Shown piece by piece: positions 30,396-46,649 of a stretch of DNA of 64,000 bases. Where the stretch lies: the NCBI GenBank assembly GCA_012295275.1, contig CM022667.1:10788001-10852000 (forward strand), given 5' to 3'. Every line of letters begins with the position of its first letter. The first letter of the stretch is position 1. Below the pieces are notes generated by a model. That model made no database searches. It was not told where the DNA came from and saw only the letters and a list, made by a program, of their open reading frames with translations. A program made the translations under genes and the position numbers. Source of the DNA: Chrysomallon squamiferum. Taxonomy: Eukaryota > Animalia > Mollusca.

Positions 30396-31125
30396 CTAAC
30401 TATATATATTTAAAAATGACAGGTCTTTTGATACACGGGTAGCTAAAACAACAAATTCTTATAGCGGGATTGTTACGATATTTTTTTTTTTTTATTATTT
30501 ATTCGTCCCGTCCTTTTTAGTTTCTTTGTGGTGGTATCGTGTATTTATTTATTAGAGATTTCAATAAAAACGCTCGAGATATATAACGTGTTACTTACTA
30601 CTGACTGTAAAAATATTGTACGTGAATAATAATAATAGTGACTTAGCGACTCTGGTTTATGTCATAAACAAAATGGAAACTTGAGACACGTAACAGAAGA
30701 TGTTGTTTACAATTTTGTTCTATTTTAAAACTGGTCTTAATTACCTTGAAATGGAATAAAGTATTAAAAAGCCGAATGCACATAAATATAAACACGAATA
30801 TAAAATATAGACTTTGTGCGGTCTTTTATTTTCTTTTATATTTGTTAATAAATATGAGAAATATGGAGAAGGAAACAGCAATGTGCAATGACTTCGGGTA
30901 TTCTCGTATATTTCCGTATATTCCCGTGAAATGAAATGTTTGGGATGTCGGAGATCATCCAATGTGAGAAGCAGTGACATAACTACTACTACTACTACTA
31001 CTACTACAACTACTGCTACTACTGCTGCTACTACTACTACTACCATCATCACCACCACTGCTACTATTACTACAACAAAAACAAACAAAAACTACTGCTA
31101 CCAGTCCTACTAAAACCATTGATAT

Positions 31126-31162
<37 letters not shown>

Positions 31163-31296
31163 GCTGTTGCTGCTACCACTACTACTTCTACTACTACTAC
31201 TATTGCTACCACTACCACTACTACTTCTACTACTTCTAGTACTACTACTGTTACTGTTACTATTATATCTATTATTATTATTATCATTATTATTAA

Positions 31297-31342
<46 letters not shown>

Positions 31343-32200
31343 TGAACAAAATGAAGAGAGATATAAATAAATAATTAAATAAATAAATAAATAAAAGATA
31401 TTTCTTATTTGAAACGTAATAAATCCGGTTTAACTTTAAGCTTTACAAAAGAAAGAAAAAAAAAACCAAAAAAAACCCCCAACAACATATAAATATATCT
31501 TTTGTCAATATAAAACTATTTTCTTTTCTTTATTTCTTTTCTTTTTTTTTTTTTTTTTTTTCTTCTCCTTTCTCAGAAATACAGATTAAAAAAAATATTT
31601 CAACTATTCGCCGTTATCAGTATATAATGACGTTTTGACCAAGCAAATACAGAGGAAATATAGATCATATTTCGTTAAGCGCTCCTAATTCAAAAGAAAC
31701 TGACGGCGTTTTTGAAGGAGAGGCATCGTATATTAATACATTTTAGTCACGTGACGAAATGAATACCTGAAATCTGTGGCGCAGTTATGTACACCTATGT
31801 TTTGACGAATGGATATAAAAATATATGTTTACATTTTAGATCGTTGTTTTTTTTTTTTTTTTTTTTTTTTATATAACCAGCATTTTTTTTTTTTCTCAGA
31901 TGAATATGTGATATATTAAATAAAGATACTCGTGCAAATATAGTTTGTATTTTAATATTATCAGGTGTCGTTTTCATTTGCATTTATTTTACTTTAATTA
32001 CTGTTTTAATTTTAAAGGTGTTATTTTTGTTATTATTATTATTTTTTTAAATGTTCGTTTGGTATTGGTGATTTTATTTTTATTTAATTTAATTTTATTT
32101 GACTATTATTATATTTTAATTGTGTTTATTATTTTTGTGTTTATTGCATATTTATAAGAGATATTTTTATCTGGACATAATCAATGAATGATAGTAACGA

Positions 32201-32312
<112 letters not shown>

Positions 32313-32673
32313 GGAATTTAGATACAATTACCACAGTGAAGATGGCAGTGTGAATATGGATCAGTTATAATACATGTCGCTCATTAGGTTACATAACGTT
32401 CTGAGCAGCTGTGTGAAATATACATTTTTCTCGCCTTTAATCGAGAGGAAATGTACATTACAAGCTTTATTTCAACAAAGCACAATGTATTATGTTATAC
32501 GTAGCATATGTGACGAGCGGATATCAAGTTTATTACAGTATATGATTTGCATTTATAACAAAGATCGCTCGAGCGTTTGTGTTATGTTTATGTAGATCTG
32601 TGAATTATTAAAAACAACGCATAAAGAGAAAAATGAGATGGTGTAAACAGATAGAAACTTGTTAAAACAGAGC

Positions 32674-32747
<74 letters not shown>

Positions 32748-32977
32748 TGGGGAGAGGGAGGAGGAAGGGATATTGAGAGAATGAAAGAAAAGAAAGCTGG
32801 AAGAAGGGAAAACAGTATAATAAAGATGGTTGCAAAGAAAAGAAATATTGGTAATTGGCAAGATATAGTTTGTGTATGTGTATGTGCGTGTGTGTGTGTG
32901 TGTGTGTGTGTATAAGCATGTCTGAGTATGTGTGTGTGTCTGTATAAGAGAGTTATATAGAAAGATAGATAGAGAAA

Positions 32978-33039
<62 letters not shown>

Positions 33040-33136
33040 GGTAGATAGATGGATATTGTGATGAAGACATTAGGTGATAATGGTTGCGTTTATTCCATGT
33101 GGGATACTAGGGATACAAACAGAGGACATGAGTGTA

Positions 33137-33230
<94 letters not shown>

Positions 33231-33760
33231 ACAGAAAGAGAGAAAGACATACAGACAGAAATATAGATAGACAGATAGACATACAGATAGATAGATAGTG
33301 ACAGAGAGAGACAGAGAGACATTCGAGAGACACGCAGAGAGACAACTCGATTTTGAGACGTGACAATGCACACACAGACAAATACGGACAGCGACAGACA
33401 GAAAGTTCAAAAAAAAAAAAAAAAAAAAAAAAAAAAGCAAATCCCAGGTGTTGTTCATAAGGTACTAAGACTGAAAACTAATCCTATGGTGCAATATTAC
33501 ATTAATCGTGAATCATACGTCCATTGACAACGTGCTAATAAATATCGCCGGCATATTCAATATCGTGCAATGCAGGCGATGTCTGTTAATCTTTGAACAA
33601 ACCGCTACGTGACGACTCGGGATTTGTCGTTTTTATTAAAATACACCCTGGACCTTTGCCTGTATATCAAAAGATTTAATTTTTTTTTTTTTTTGACAAT
33701 TTATTACAATGCAAAACCAAAAGTGCTTCAGCTTGCGTAGAGAGAATAAAAAAAAAAAAG

Positions 33761-33819
<59 letters not shown>

Positions 33820-35029
33820 CAACGTTTGCAAACAGAGTTCTTTTCAGGTGAAAAGTGGAAATAAAGAGCACGTGGTTTTTGCTAAGTCGCCGAAGTATTG
33901 CGACAAACTGAAGGACTTGACAGAAATGAAAGAGACGTTGTTGTAGATGTGTAGTATAACTAGACTGCTTGAGACGGGGTATCTGCTGTAAGATTATTAA
34001 AAAGATGTTTTGTTAAAAAAAAATATATATATATCTATATATATATATAGATATATATATATAATAATGTATCCTTGTTTATTATATATATATATATTAA
34101 GATTCAAAAGCTTTGTAGTGAAGTACGGAATCGATAACGATGGTTATCGATACTTACAATATTTCGTTTGTTGTGTGTGTGCGTGTGTGTTTGTGTGATA
34201 AAATAATTAACGTACAAAAAGAAAAAAAAAAAACTAAAAGACAAAAACAAAAACAAAAAGAAGAAGAAAAACAGAGATATAAACAAACACAGATGACAAA
34301 GATTTTAAGACAAACAAGGAGAAAAAAGAGGTGGGGAATATATAGAGAGAGGGGGAAGAAACAGAGGGAAGAGAATGGGAGAAAGAGAAAGAAAGAAAAA
34401 AGAGATAGAAAGAATAAATTGGATGGATAGAAAGAGAAAATGATGAGAGGAGAGAAGGAGAAAAGGGAACTGATGGAAGAACGAAGAAAAACGATGAGAA
34501 TAAATTCGATGGAAAGAAAAACAAACGATAAAGACAGAAAAAGGAAAAACAACGATAAAGAACGAAGGAAAACGATGAGATAGAAAGAAGGAAAACAAAC
34601 GATAAAGAAAGGAGAACAATGAGATAGACAGAGTCGTATGACAATAATAAATGTCTGTAATAACTTACATCGGGGAAACTAGAATATTGAATAAATGCCG
34701 TAATAACTAATTGCATTCTTCTCCTCACAAAACATATTAATATATCAAACCCACACTCCGCCCCTAACTGATATATTTATTTTAAAATGACCTCTACCTC
34801 GTTAAAAGTGCATTTTACATGTCACAATTAGGGTATGTCACGAACTATAACGATTCATGCAAAACAAATCACTAAATCGTATGTAGACGTTGAATTTTTT
34901 TTTTCTTATGAAGATTATTAACTGTATGTGTATCAACGGTGTAGGGGAAAATAAACGACTATTAAATAATTATCTGTCTTGAACATTCTGAATGTTTCTT
35001 TAGTTATGTTTCTTTTTTTTTTTGATTCA

Positions 35030-35810
35030 GTGTTATAATTTATGAATTTAATATTATTCTGCCTGAATTTAGTATTATCTTAATGTAATATTCAGATATA
35101 TATTTTTAAATTTTATTTTAGAATTTCCGAATTTAATATTAAATTAAACTGTTTGATTGATGTCCTAACTTTTTTATTTTAAAAAAAAAAAATTTTTTTG
35201 TCGAATTCTTTGGATAAAACTTCATTTCTCAAATTGTAATTTAAAATTTTTAAAGCTCATATCATTTTTCGTGAATTTAATATAAACATTCCTGAATTGT
35301 ATGCTACATTTATATAATATTTGATTTCAGGAATCTTAGGCTAGTAAGAGTTTGTAACTTAATGTTTAGATTTAGAGTTTGTCTATACTTTATTTTTGTC
35401 TAAACCATATGATCTAACCGTTTAAACCGTCTAAAATAACTATTAAAATTGAAATCTTTTAAAGTGACCTTCATAACTATTCCTTCATTTATTTTTTCTT
35501 TAGTTCCTTCCTTCATGCATTCGTTCATTCTTTCATTTATTCTTATTCAAACAGATCTGGAATTTTAAATTAATAAAAATCCTCAATTTTAACATTCGAG
35601 AATACTGACTATAAAAATCTACTTATCAGTTCAGGAAGCATAATATTATTATTCGTGGATCCTATACCCTTTATATATTAAATTCATTAATTCTAATTTT
35701 AAATTCATGGATCCTAATATGAATTTTTTTTTTTTAAATTCTAATATCAAATTCACGAATTCTAATATTAAATTCACGAATCCCTATATTGAACGGACTA
35801 ATCCTCAAGA
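35030..35810. repeat. Two oppositely oriented degenerate ~21-bp arrays (fold-back-like)
   Basis: Right array AATTCTAATAT(C/T)AAATTCACG x2 at 35737-35778 plus diverged units. The left array holds reverse-complement units, e.g. CGTGAATTTAATAT 35270-35283 vs ATATTAAATTCACG 35765-35778. Confidence 0.6.
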
Positions 35811-36507
35811 AATATTTCTAAGAAAAACTTTATTTTATTTTATTTTTATTTATTTTTTATTTTTTCTTCTTTCCAGGCGGCTCTTGAATTGGCATATGTT
35901 AAGAATTTACAAAATTCAGAGAAACGATTAATCTGAACACGTGTGCTGAAAACCCGTTTTGAACTCAAAACTTAACATTGCCATAAATTAGAATGGTTTT
36001 TTTACGATCTCGCCATTTAAATAGCTTTGCTAATAATTAAGGACTTTTTATATATTGCATGAATATTAGAAGAGAACGAAGGAAGAAATAAAGAAAGGGA
36101 AGAATTGAAAGAAGGTTTAATAAATAAATTTTAAAGGTGAAATTGATCAATGATGAAAGGAGCCAAAGAAAGTACAAGAATAGAAAGAATGATGATAAAT
36201 AGTAAGACAGAGAGAGAGAAAATAAAATGATTGTGTTATAGATAGTAAAACGAACAAACTGGTAAGGGGAGAGAGAGAAGAAAGACAAAAAGAAAAAGAA
36301 GAAGCGAAAGTTAGAAAGAAAGAAAGAGCAAAAGGATAAAGTGAAATAAACAGAGAGAAACAAAGATAGAAAAACTGAGCGAGAAGGAGATATAAACAGA
36401 GAGAGAAAGAAAGAGAAGAGAAAAATGTACTTACATAAACACAGAAAGAGGTGGAGAGAGAGAAAAAAGAAGAAAAGAAAATGAGACATAAAATGAAAGA
36501 GAGAGAG

Positions 36508-36556
<49 letters not shown>

Positions 36557-36590
36557 AAAGAGAGAGAGAGAGAGAGAGATACAATAAGAG

Positions 36591-36647
<57 letters not shown>

Positions 36648-37903
36648 AGAGAGATAATAGATATAGTCAGAGAGAGAGAGAGAGAGAGAGAAGGAGATTG
36701 CTAAAACAACACTTAGTGAGTTTTCTATCAAACTTTCAGTAAATAAAATAAGTGTTTAATTCACCCAGTGAGAGATAATTTGTTTCACATGTTCAGAAAA
36801 CTTTCACTGGAAACAATAAAAACTGAAGTTTCGCGCACGTGCCGTATGTTTAATCGCGAACGAAATGATGCCATATTTTTTTTTCTGCCAAATTTCACTG
36901 GCAGCACGAACCATAAAACATATTTTGGCTCTATCGTTTAGGACGTAATATTGTGAAAGTGACGAGCTTCATTAGCGGAAAATACGGGTCTTGTGCCTTT
37001 AAATAAGCTCGTAATTTATGCCCGTGTGATTTCGTATGCAGGCAGACCTTATGAATATTAATTAGTTTGTTAAAGAAGTATGGTGAAAATTTGTTTCTTT
37101 TATTTATTTTTTTATTTTTTTTTTTTTTTTCATCTAAAGGTTGAGGGCAAATAAGCTTTTTATGTTTGTGTGTGTGTGTGTTTGTGCTTTTGTGCGTGTG
37201 TATTATCTTGTATTTATTTGTTGTAGTTTTTGCCCTGGGATAAAAGTATTGTGTATTTTTTTTTTTTTATTTTTTTTTTTTATTATTATAACCAATTTTC
37301 CTTTCTTATATCTTTCATCGTTAATTTCTTTCTTTCGCTTTTTTCATTTTTCTTCCTTCCTTCCATTGTTGTACTCTCTTTCATTCTTCTTCTTCTTCTG
37401 TTTTTTTTTAACTTTTCTTTTTTAATTTTTCATTCCTCTTTTTTTGTTCTTTCTATTATTATTATTATTTTTTTTTTTTTTTTGTTGTTTTTTTTTTCTT
37501 CGGGCAGTGAAACGAAAACGTATTCAACTGTGTAATATTTGAAAAAATTATACAACAATTAGTGACAAAAAGAAAAAAAAAAAAAGGAAAGAGTTAAATT
37601 GCAGGCCATTACTGAATATAAATGATCATCATAATTTATGTTGTTAAAACAAAGGCAATTATACTTTTATCACGTGAAATAAAACTGCCATATCTTTTTT
37701 CTTCATAATGTCGTTAGAATGACCTTTTACATATAAATCATAAAATGAAATGTACTTAAAACAAGCAAACAAACAAACAAGTGAGTAAATAAATAAATTA
37801 ATAAATTAACAACTAAATAAACGAACAAGTAAATAATGTAATATAATAAACACATTTATAATATACTTGTATGTTTTTGTGTATCAATCTGTCTCTCTAT
37901 TTG

Positions 37904-37968
<65 letters not shown>

Positions 37969-38887
37969 CAATAATAATGACGATGATGATGCTAATAAAA
38001 TGAAGTAAAAACAAACCAAAAAATTTAAAATATTTAAAATAAAAAAAAACAGTCTGGAACATATTTTGCCCGAGTCAAAAAAAAAAAAAAAAAATAAATA
38101 GAAAGTTAATAACTGGTTGAAATTAACATTCTCAGTTACGTTGATGAATGTCTATTTCACACACGAAGTTTACATAAAGCACGAGACTTATGAATCACGT
38201 GACGTTTGTGACCTTTCGCTTGTTGATTGCATCAAAACGCAAAGAACACATATATTATAATATCGACAATTTCCCCATTTTTATTTTCCATTATTTTATT
38301 ATTATTATTTTTTTTTTTTAACATCTATTAAACTCCGACGTTCCTAGATGAAAAAGGAAGAGGGCTGCCCGTGGGGCAGGAAAAACCCCACCCCTATAGA
38401 AATAAAAAATAAAATAAAATAAATAAATAAATAAAAAATTCTTAATACAGAAACGTTGACAAACGGAATCTATAATTAACTGTCTTTTTCGACTGAAACG
38501 TTTATTCTCAATTACTCGAAATATTTTGTTTTTAATTTTATTCCTTCCTTAATGTTTCCTAAATCTTTTGTTTTATTTATTTTAAATGGTATTTGATGCA
38601 TTTCGTTTTAAGGAATAAATTAAGAGAGAAAATGTCACGCCGATCGAGCATTTCCTAAGCATTTGAAGAATAAAATCTGTTATTGCGTTGTTGGTAGAGG
38701 GTTTTTTTCAGATAAATTAAAAATGTATTTGTACACAGCTCACTTGTTATAATCATAAATTGTGCACGTTTTTATTATTTTATTTGAATTTATCGAATTA
38801 TAATTAGTTTTATGCAGAGTGGAGATCTGATTCTGTGGTATGTAATGCCCTGTTGTGAATATAAAAAAAATTGGTAACAGTATTTAG

Positions 38888-39001
<114 letters not shown>

Positions 39002-39337
39002 AAAATCTTCTCAAACTCGAATTATGAATGGAGTAAAAATGTGAACGGACAGACTGGGGCTAACGTGACAAATGTACCGTTAGGTTTGACATCTATATTA
39101 ATTTACCTAACTGCATAAACTCCCACACTGCAGGATTTTTTTTTTTTTTTTTTTTTAAATGTTTAGTAATTCTACCGTGATAATGTCGACGGAAAAAATA
39201 TATTAATAATCACTGCGTATATGTGACAGGTGACATTAAAAACGGAAATAAATTATTTATCTTCATATGAAAATTCTGTCAACTTTTACATCAAGCTAAT
39301 ATCGGTCACGTGAATGATGATGGGAACGGATCTTTCG

Positions 39338-39375
<38 letters not shown>

Positions 39376-39747
39376 CATCATGAAGGATAATATATCATAC
39401 AACAATAAAAAATAAAAAAAAAAAAAACCTCTCGTACAGGCTTGGTTCGTGGGTTCAATCCTCTGTGTTTCCATCCTTTAGGCTATTTCTGGTTCTAGGT
39501 GTTTCGCCAACAATGATTAATTAATCCAAATGAGTATTTTCGTGTTTATGGGTTGGTGCATATTAAAAAGCGTTTCTTGCTGATCTGTTAGAAGAGAACA
39601 TGTAGTGACGTCATACTGTTTTTCGCTCCGAAACTAATAAGTATGTAATATTAAAATATTTTTAGACGGGGGGGGGGGGGAATTATATAATCGATATAAG
39701 CGTGTTTTATTTTTGTTTTTATTTATTTAAGTTTTACACACACACAC

Positions 39748-39820
<73 letters not shown>

Positions 39821-40613
39821 TAAATAAATAAATAGAAAATAAAAACAAATAAAATAAATTATACCTTTATATGTTTCTTCATTTGTTCAAATATTTATTA
39901 ATTAACTTATATCATTAGTTCATTCGTTTACCTTTTTCTATCGTTTCGCTCTTTGCTTTTCACCCGTTTTATTAAAAAAAAAAAAAAACTAAACAAAAGT
40001 AATCGACACAAAGGATACGATTTCTTTCATGGTACAATATTACGCTCGCTTACAAGACGTACCTTTCGTGTACCACACTGATGACGTCAAACGTGTATAC
40101 GTTTTTTTACCAGCTGTGTATCTGCTTACGTAATTACATTGTGTGATGTGTGTTATGGTTGGAAACATGCAAATAATAAAAAGTGATACTTATTATCATC
40201 TTTATGTCATTAAATAAATTAATGAGGAATTAAGCGTGTAAACGATATCCATCTGGTAGGGAATAAGTAACAATGAATACGAAAAATGAAACTGTTGCAT
40301 TAAAACAAAAAAAAATTGTAGAAAAAAAACAACCCATTAGCATTTGTTATGGAAAAGGTGAAAGTTTATAACGACAGTTTGAGAGTTTTGTTTTGTTTTG
40401 TTTTATGGATTAGCAATTTATTATTATTAAATTTTCTTGTTTTTTAAACTGTTTTTGGTTTTGTTTTTGGGGTTGTTTGGGTTTTTTCTTTTCTTTTCGT
40501 TTTCCTTTTTACTTTGTTGTTGTTGTTGTTGTTGCTGTTTTCTCTTTGTGCTTAATGTAACTGGTGAAATATGTTTTCATATATATCTGTATTAAAATAG
40601 TAACTTATTTTTA

Positions 40614-40666
<53 letters not shown>

Positions 40667-40871
40667 CAATAACAATAACAGTAAAAGTAACAGTAACAAC
40701 AACAAAAACAATAACAAAACAATACCTATTTCATACATTCTATTAAAAACCATATAATAATAATAATAATAAAAATAATAAAATAAAAAAACGAAATATT
40801 ATCACTTTATTATTCATTACTTCGTTACCACCTTTATTTTTCCCCTTATTAACGTATCTTAGGTATTTTTA

Positions 40872-40915
<44 letters not shown>

Positions 40916-41513
40916 TCGTTAAGTTCGCTTCGTAATAGATTCTTTCTAACAAAAAAAAAAAATAAAATAAAAAATAAAAATAAAAATAAATAAATAAAAA
41001 ATCACCCAACCGATTTTTTGCTTTGGGAAAAAACATCTGTGTTTAATGACAGATTTTTATGTCTACATTAACGAGAGCGATCAGTGCCCACCTGACGAAC
41101 TAACTAACTAACTAACTAACTGGCAAATCGGTCTCGTTCTCGATCCGCGATGAACATTTTTTTAACCAGTGTTATTCTTCTCTTGCAGTTCTTGTTTTCG
41201 ACGGAGTTGCCGAGACGAAATCAGGCGACTGTCGACAATACATAGTGAGAGAGCATTGAAAAAAAAAAAAAAAAAAAAAATTCTCCCGCCAGACGGCACG
41301 TGCCAGCCGTAGCGAGAAGTCTGTCAAATGTAGAGAAGAAAAAAAAGAAGAAGAAGAAGAAGAGTTTGACACCCACCTCAGCGACGTCATCGTAACTAGG
41401 GACGACGTGGTGAAACATTTTTGACGACGCGAGGAAGAAAAGGTGCATCGTCCAAGACAGCATGAGCGGTAGGTAACCGTTTTGATAAAATTACTGTGCG
41501 TGTGTGTGTGTGC

Positions 41514-41545
<32 letters not shown>

Positions 41546-41578
41546 TGAGGAAAGACAAGACTTGTGCACAGATTGACA

Positions 41579-41609
<31 letters not shown>

Positions 41610-41859
41610 GAAAGGTTTACTTCATTTTGTAAATTCCACATACCATAATATTATTTATTTAAAATAAGGAATTTAAAAGGAATTATTTTGTATGAATGTG
41701 CATATATTTTTTTTTATAATAATTTGTTGATGTATGTATGTGTATATGTATGTATCTATATACGTACGTAAATGTGTGTGTATATTATGTGTAAATATTG
41801 TTTTATAAATTTCACCACAACCGTCACAAATTTCTGTTAAGTCTTTTCAAAATAAAATC

Positions 41860-41921
<62 letters not shown>

Positions 41922-42169
41922 TAAAGATAAAAACAACAACAGCAACAATAATAACTACCACTACCACTACTACTATTACTACTACTACTACTACTACTGC
42001 TGCTATTTCAACTACTAGTACTGAATTACTACTATTATGATTAACAGTATTATTACAACTACAGTTTATCCAATTTCACAAGTTGCTTTTCTTTTTCTTT
42101 TTCTATTAAAAAAATCAAATAAACAAAAGTAACTAAATGAATGATTGTCTGAAAGAATGTAGTGTTAAA

Positions 42170-42200
<31 letters not shown>

Positions 42201-42303
42201 TAATAACGATAATAACAGTAATTATAATATAATAATACAGTAATAATAATAATAATAACAACAGTAATAATAATAACAGTAATAATAAATAATAATAATA
42301 ACA

Positions 42304-42351
<48 letters not shown>

Positions 42352-42917
42352 GTAGTAATAATAATAATAATAGTAACAATAATAATAATAAACAAATGTG
42401 TAATTAAAGAAACAACTGCACTAAACAATATCGTCTATACAAAAAAAGACCTCCAGGCCCTTTAGCGGAGGCAATAACAATAACAATAACAATAATAACA
42501 ACAACAATAATAATAATAATAATCATAACAATAATAATACACCCATTGTTTATGACTCAATAAAGCAACGCACTACATTACGGACTATGAAATGTACATC
42601 TTGTGTCCCGTGGCGCGCGCGTTTGCATCTGTCATCGATTGCATCGTACTGCCGATATTTCCCAGCCTGTGTCGAAATGGACAACAGATCTGTCAGCTTG
42701 TTAGTCTCCAGGAAATAAACAAACAAAGGCTCTGCAGTCACCCCTGAAAAGGAATTGATCTGTCGATTTCACCTTACTGGGCTAATCAGGCGTAACGGTT
42801 AATATATTACTTTGTTGTCATTGTTGTTGTTTTTTTTTTGTTGTTTTTTTCGTCGACAAGTTTTAGATGTCTGTTTCAAACGGCGGGTTGATTAAGTGGT
42901 TAATTATTTTTGTTTTT

Positions 42918-42999
<82 letters not shown>

Positions 43000-43123
43000 A
43001 TGAAGTATAAGAGAAATAAATATATTTTGGATTTGTGTTTTTTTGATCAAGAAAAGAAATGTGTTTAAAATGACAAAATTTGTATTAAAAATAATAATGA
43101 TTATGGCGATGATGAGGATGATG

Positions 43124-43174
<51 letters not shown>

Positions 43175-43275
43175 GTAATAATAATACATATAATGTATGT
43201 ATTTTCATATTTATTATGTAACTGCTATGAATTTATTATTATATTATTACTGAATAATAAAACATAAAAAAAAAA

Positions 43276-43310
<35 letters not shown>

Positions 43311-43365
43311 ATATATATATAAAATAAATGCCAGTTATCAAAAGAATAAAAACAAAATAAAATTT

Positions 43366-43399
<34 letters not shown>

Positions 43400-43798
43400 C
43401 ATAACCACCCCCTCTTTCACCCCACCCCCTTTCACCGTGACTGGACCCGCCCTCGCCAGAGACAATGATGATTATATCAACTCTCTTTAGCTTGTACGCC
43501 AGACACTGTACGTGCAAATATTTTTCCATCGACGTCTTATCAAAATTAACTTATTCTGTACAACGAGCGAGCTTTCGTTTCTATTTATTTCGACTCGAGT
43601 GAATGTGGCCTTTTGCCTGGCTCAAATGAACACAACTTTCTTTTCGTTTAATCACCAAAAACCTTTTCACCTTCTTTCTCTCTCTGCATCACCGCAATTT
43701 CCCGACAAATTAGTTTCTTTGAAAACTGACATAAAATCTGCCTTTATTTGTTTTTGTGTCGGTTCTTTTTGGTGTAAGAATAGGGGAGGGGATTAAAA

Positions 43799-43830
<32 letters not shown>

Positions 43831-43957
43831 TATTTCTTTCGTTGTTTTTTTTTTTTTTTTTTTTTTTTTTATGAAACGTGTCATTTTCGCTGGAGTCTTA
43901 AAAGTCTTCTTATGTTTAATACAGAACACCTGTTCAGGTGAAGTTTTAAGTTTGCTT

Positions 43958-43990
<33 letters not shown>

Positions 43991-44081
43991 CCGTTTTAGT
44001 TACAATTAAATTGTTAAAATTACCTACGTTTTAAATGAAGTGAATGAATGACAGTGAGTGAGTGAGAGACTGAGAGAGTAA

Positions 44082-44145
<64 letters not shown>

Positions 44146-44209
44146 AATTTAATTTTAATATGGTGGTGTACTGTTATATAATAGTAATAATAATAGTAAT
44201 AACAATAAC

Positions 44210-44254
<45 letters not shown>

Positions 44255-44491
44255 GATAATACCAGTTATAACAATAATAATAATGGTAATGGTAATAAAA
44301 AAAATAATAATAATAACAGCTATAATAATAATAATAATAAAAATAAAATGTTACTTTTAGAACTGATAACATCTTGTGATTGTAATAGAGATTTATTACT
44401 GATGATGATAATAATGATTTTGAAAATAATTATGATCAGGATAATTGCTAAATAACGGTTGTTTACAAAAAGCATTCCATACACTTTAACG

Positions 44492-44576
<85 letters not shown>

Positions 44577-44617
44577 GAATTTGTATTATTATTGATATTA
44601 CTATTACTACTCTTCTT

Positions 44618-44672
<55 letters not shown>

Positions 44673-45253
44673 CTACTACTACTACTACTAATTCTACTGT
44701 TATTACTATGATTACTAGTAGTACTATTATTTTTAAATAATTAATACTTATTAATTTCCTAACAAAACGATATAGTTGATATTTTTCTTGGGTTTTGTTT
44801 GTTGTTTTTTGTTTCGTTTTGTTCTGTTTTTAATTATTTACATAATATTATTAAAAAGGCTTTTAAAGGCATTTTTAAAATAATTAAATACACACAAAAC
44901 ACAAATATGTATGCACACAAATGCACTCTTAAAAATCACACACAAAAGCAACAAAAAAAAAAATATCCACGCAATAAAAAGTGAAATTAATAAATGTTAA
45001 CGTAAATAAATAAATACTAAGAACAAGAAAGAGACACATTTACAGAAACTGAAAAAAAAAAAATAAATAAATAAAAAAAAAAATGTTTTTTTTTTTTGTT
45101 GGAAATGTCACATAACGTAAATAACAATTATAATTCAAATTATAAAATAAAATAAAAAGAACGAAGGAAAAAATAACACTGAAATAAAACTAAAATGTAT
45201 AACCACGTATTAAAGACACACACACACACACACACACACACAAAACACACACA

Positions 45254-45312
<59 letters not shown>

Positions 45313-45379
45313 CACACACATTGTCAAAAAACCTCTCTCGCTAAATAAAAGTATCTTTTCGTTAAACCTAATCCGTTAA

Positions 45380-46100
45380 AACACCTCTAAACTATCACGG
45401 ACACGGCGTAACAGTATCAACAACGACAACAACAACAACAACAGTTAAAAAAAAAAGAAAAAAAAAGAAAAGAAGAAAAACACCTCCGCTGGTTTTTAAC
45501 GACACGCTAGCTCTGATCTATCTCTCAGCGACAGTTTCTCGCTTTGCTTCGCTTTGCTTTGAGGGGAGAGAAAAGGTACAAAGCGACGTGATTGGCTCAA
45601 CTGATGTACATTGCCGTGCGTCCACCCTCCGCTGTGAAATCGACAACACTAATCAAATGTACCTGAATCGCCGAGCCACGCGCTAAAAACTCTCTCCAGC
45701 TCCGATGTTTGTTTTCGAGACAGCTACTTCTGTCGACAATTGACTCGCAAGCCCCACACACACAGACAGAGACACACTCTACAGCAGTCAGTCAGTGGTA
45801 GTGAAAGCGCACGGCTTTGCTTTTTACTCGCTCGCTCGCTGGCTTTCTCTCTCTCTCTCGCTCTCTGTTGTTGTTGTGTGGGTTTTTTTCTTCTTCTTCT
45901 TCTCCTCTCTTCCTATGGCCAGCTGACGAAGTGAAGAAGGCCTGAACGGTGTTTTCTCCAGTCGATTTTTATTGGCCGAGGAGAGTTTGTGAAAACGCGA
46001 TACTCATATTCGACGCGAGAGAGCTAGTGTTTCAGTTTTTCATTTCAACAAACAAGCTCCAGTTTCCAAGCAACTACAAAAAGGGGATTATTGTCACGGA
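45380..46100 (+). promoter_or_regulatory. Candidate distal promoter / TSS region of the Sall-like gene
   Basis: CpG-rich non-repetitive island with GACGTG plus reverse CCAAT (GATTGGCT, 45590-45597), tandem initiator-like CAGTCAGTCAGT (45785-45796) and downstream CT-rich tracts, about 1.4 kb upstream of the ATG. Confidence 0.5.
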
Positions 46101-46162
46101 TTGGAAGAAGAAGAAAAAGAAGGAAAAAAAGTGATTACTCGAAAAGCATTACTTACTTTATA

Positions 46163-46194
<32 letters not shown>

Positions 46195-46418
46195 GGTATT
46201 TATATTATTGTACTGTTCGTTTCGTCCAATGGCGAGAGAGGTTGTTCGTTCGACATCATAAACTATTACATTTTTATATGAGAGAAGCTACATTCCAGAG
46301 CTTTTTCCACCGATTCATTTCTCATTCCAGTTTCAGTGGAGAAGCTCCGAAATCGACACGATTTTTATTTATAATACTGAAATATACGTGCAAGTGATAT
46401 TAACAACGCTAACGGAAG

Positions 46419-46451
<33 letters not shown>

Positions 46452-46649
46452 GGTGATTCATTTGTTTTGAACAAATTGCGGATGATAGCTGTTCTTTTTA
46501 TATATAAAGTTATCATTTTTTTTTTTTTTTTTTTATTAAATTCAACGTGCTGTGTGTCACTTGGTTTTAATATAACTACTACTACTACTACTACTGCTGC
46601 TACTACTATCACCTCTGGATAAACAAAACAATTTAAAAAAAAAAACACG

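Noticed and set aside
32512-32575. Possible pre-miRNA hairpin (CGAGCG...CGCTCG)
   Set aside because: Only the base pairs well; the interior is too mismatched and no known mature miRNA is recognised.
41172-41641. Overlapping minus-strand ORFs in a CpG island
   Set aside because: They span poly-A and dinucleotide tracts, with no homology or clear exon boundaries. Treated as a non-coding island.
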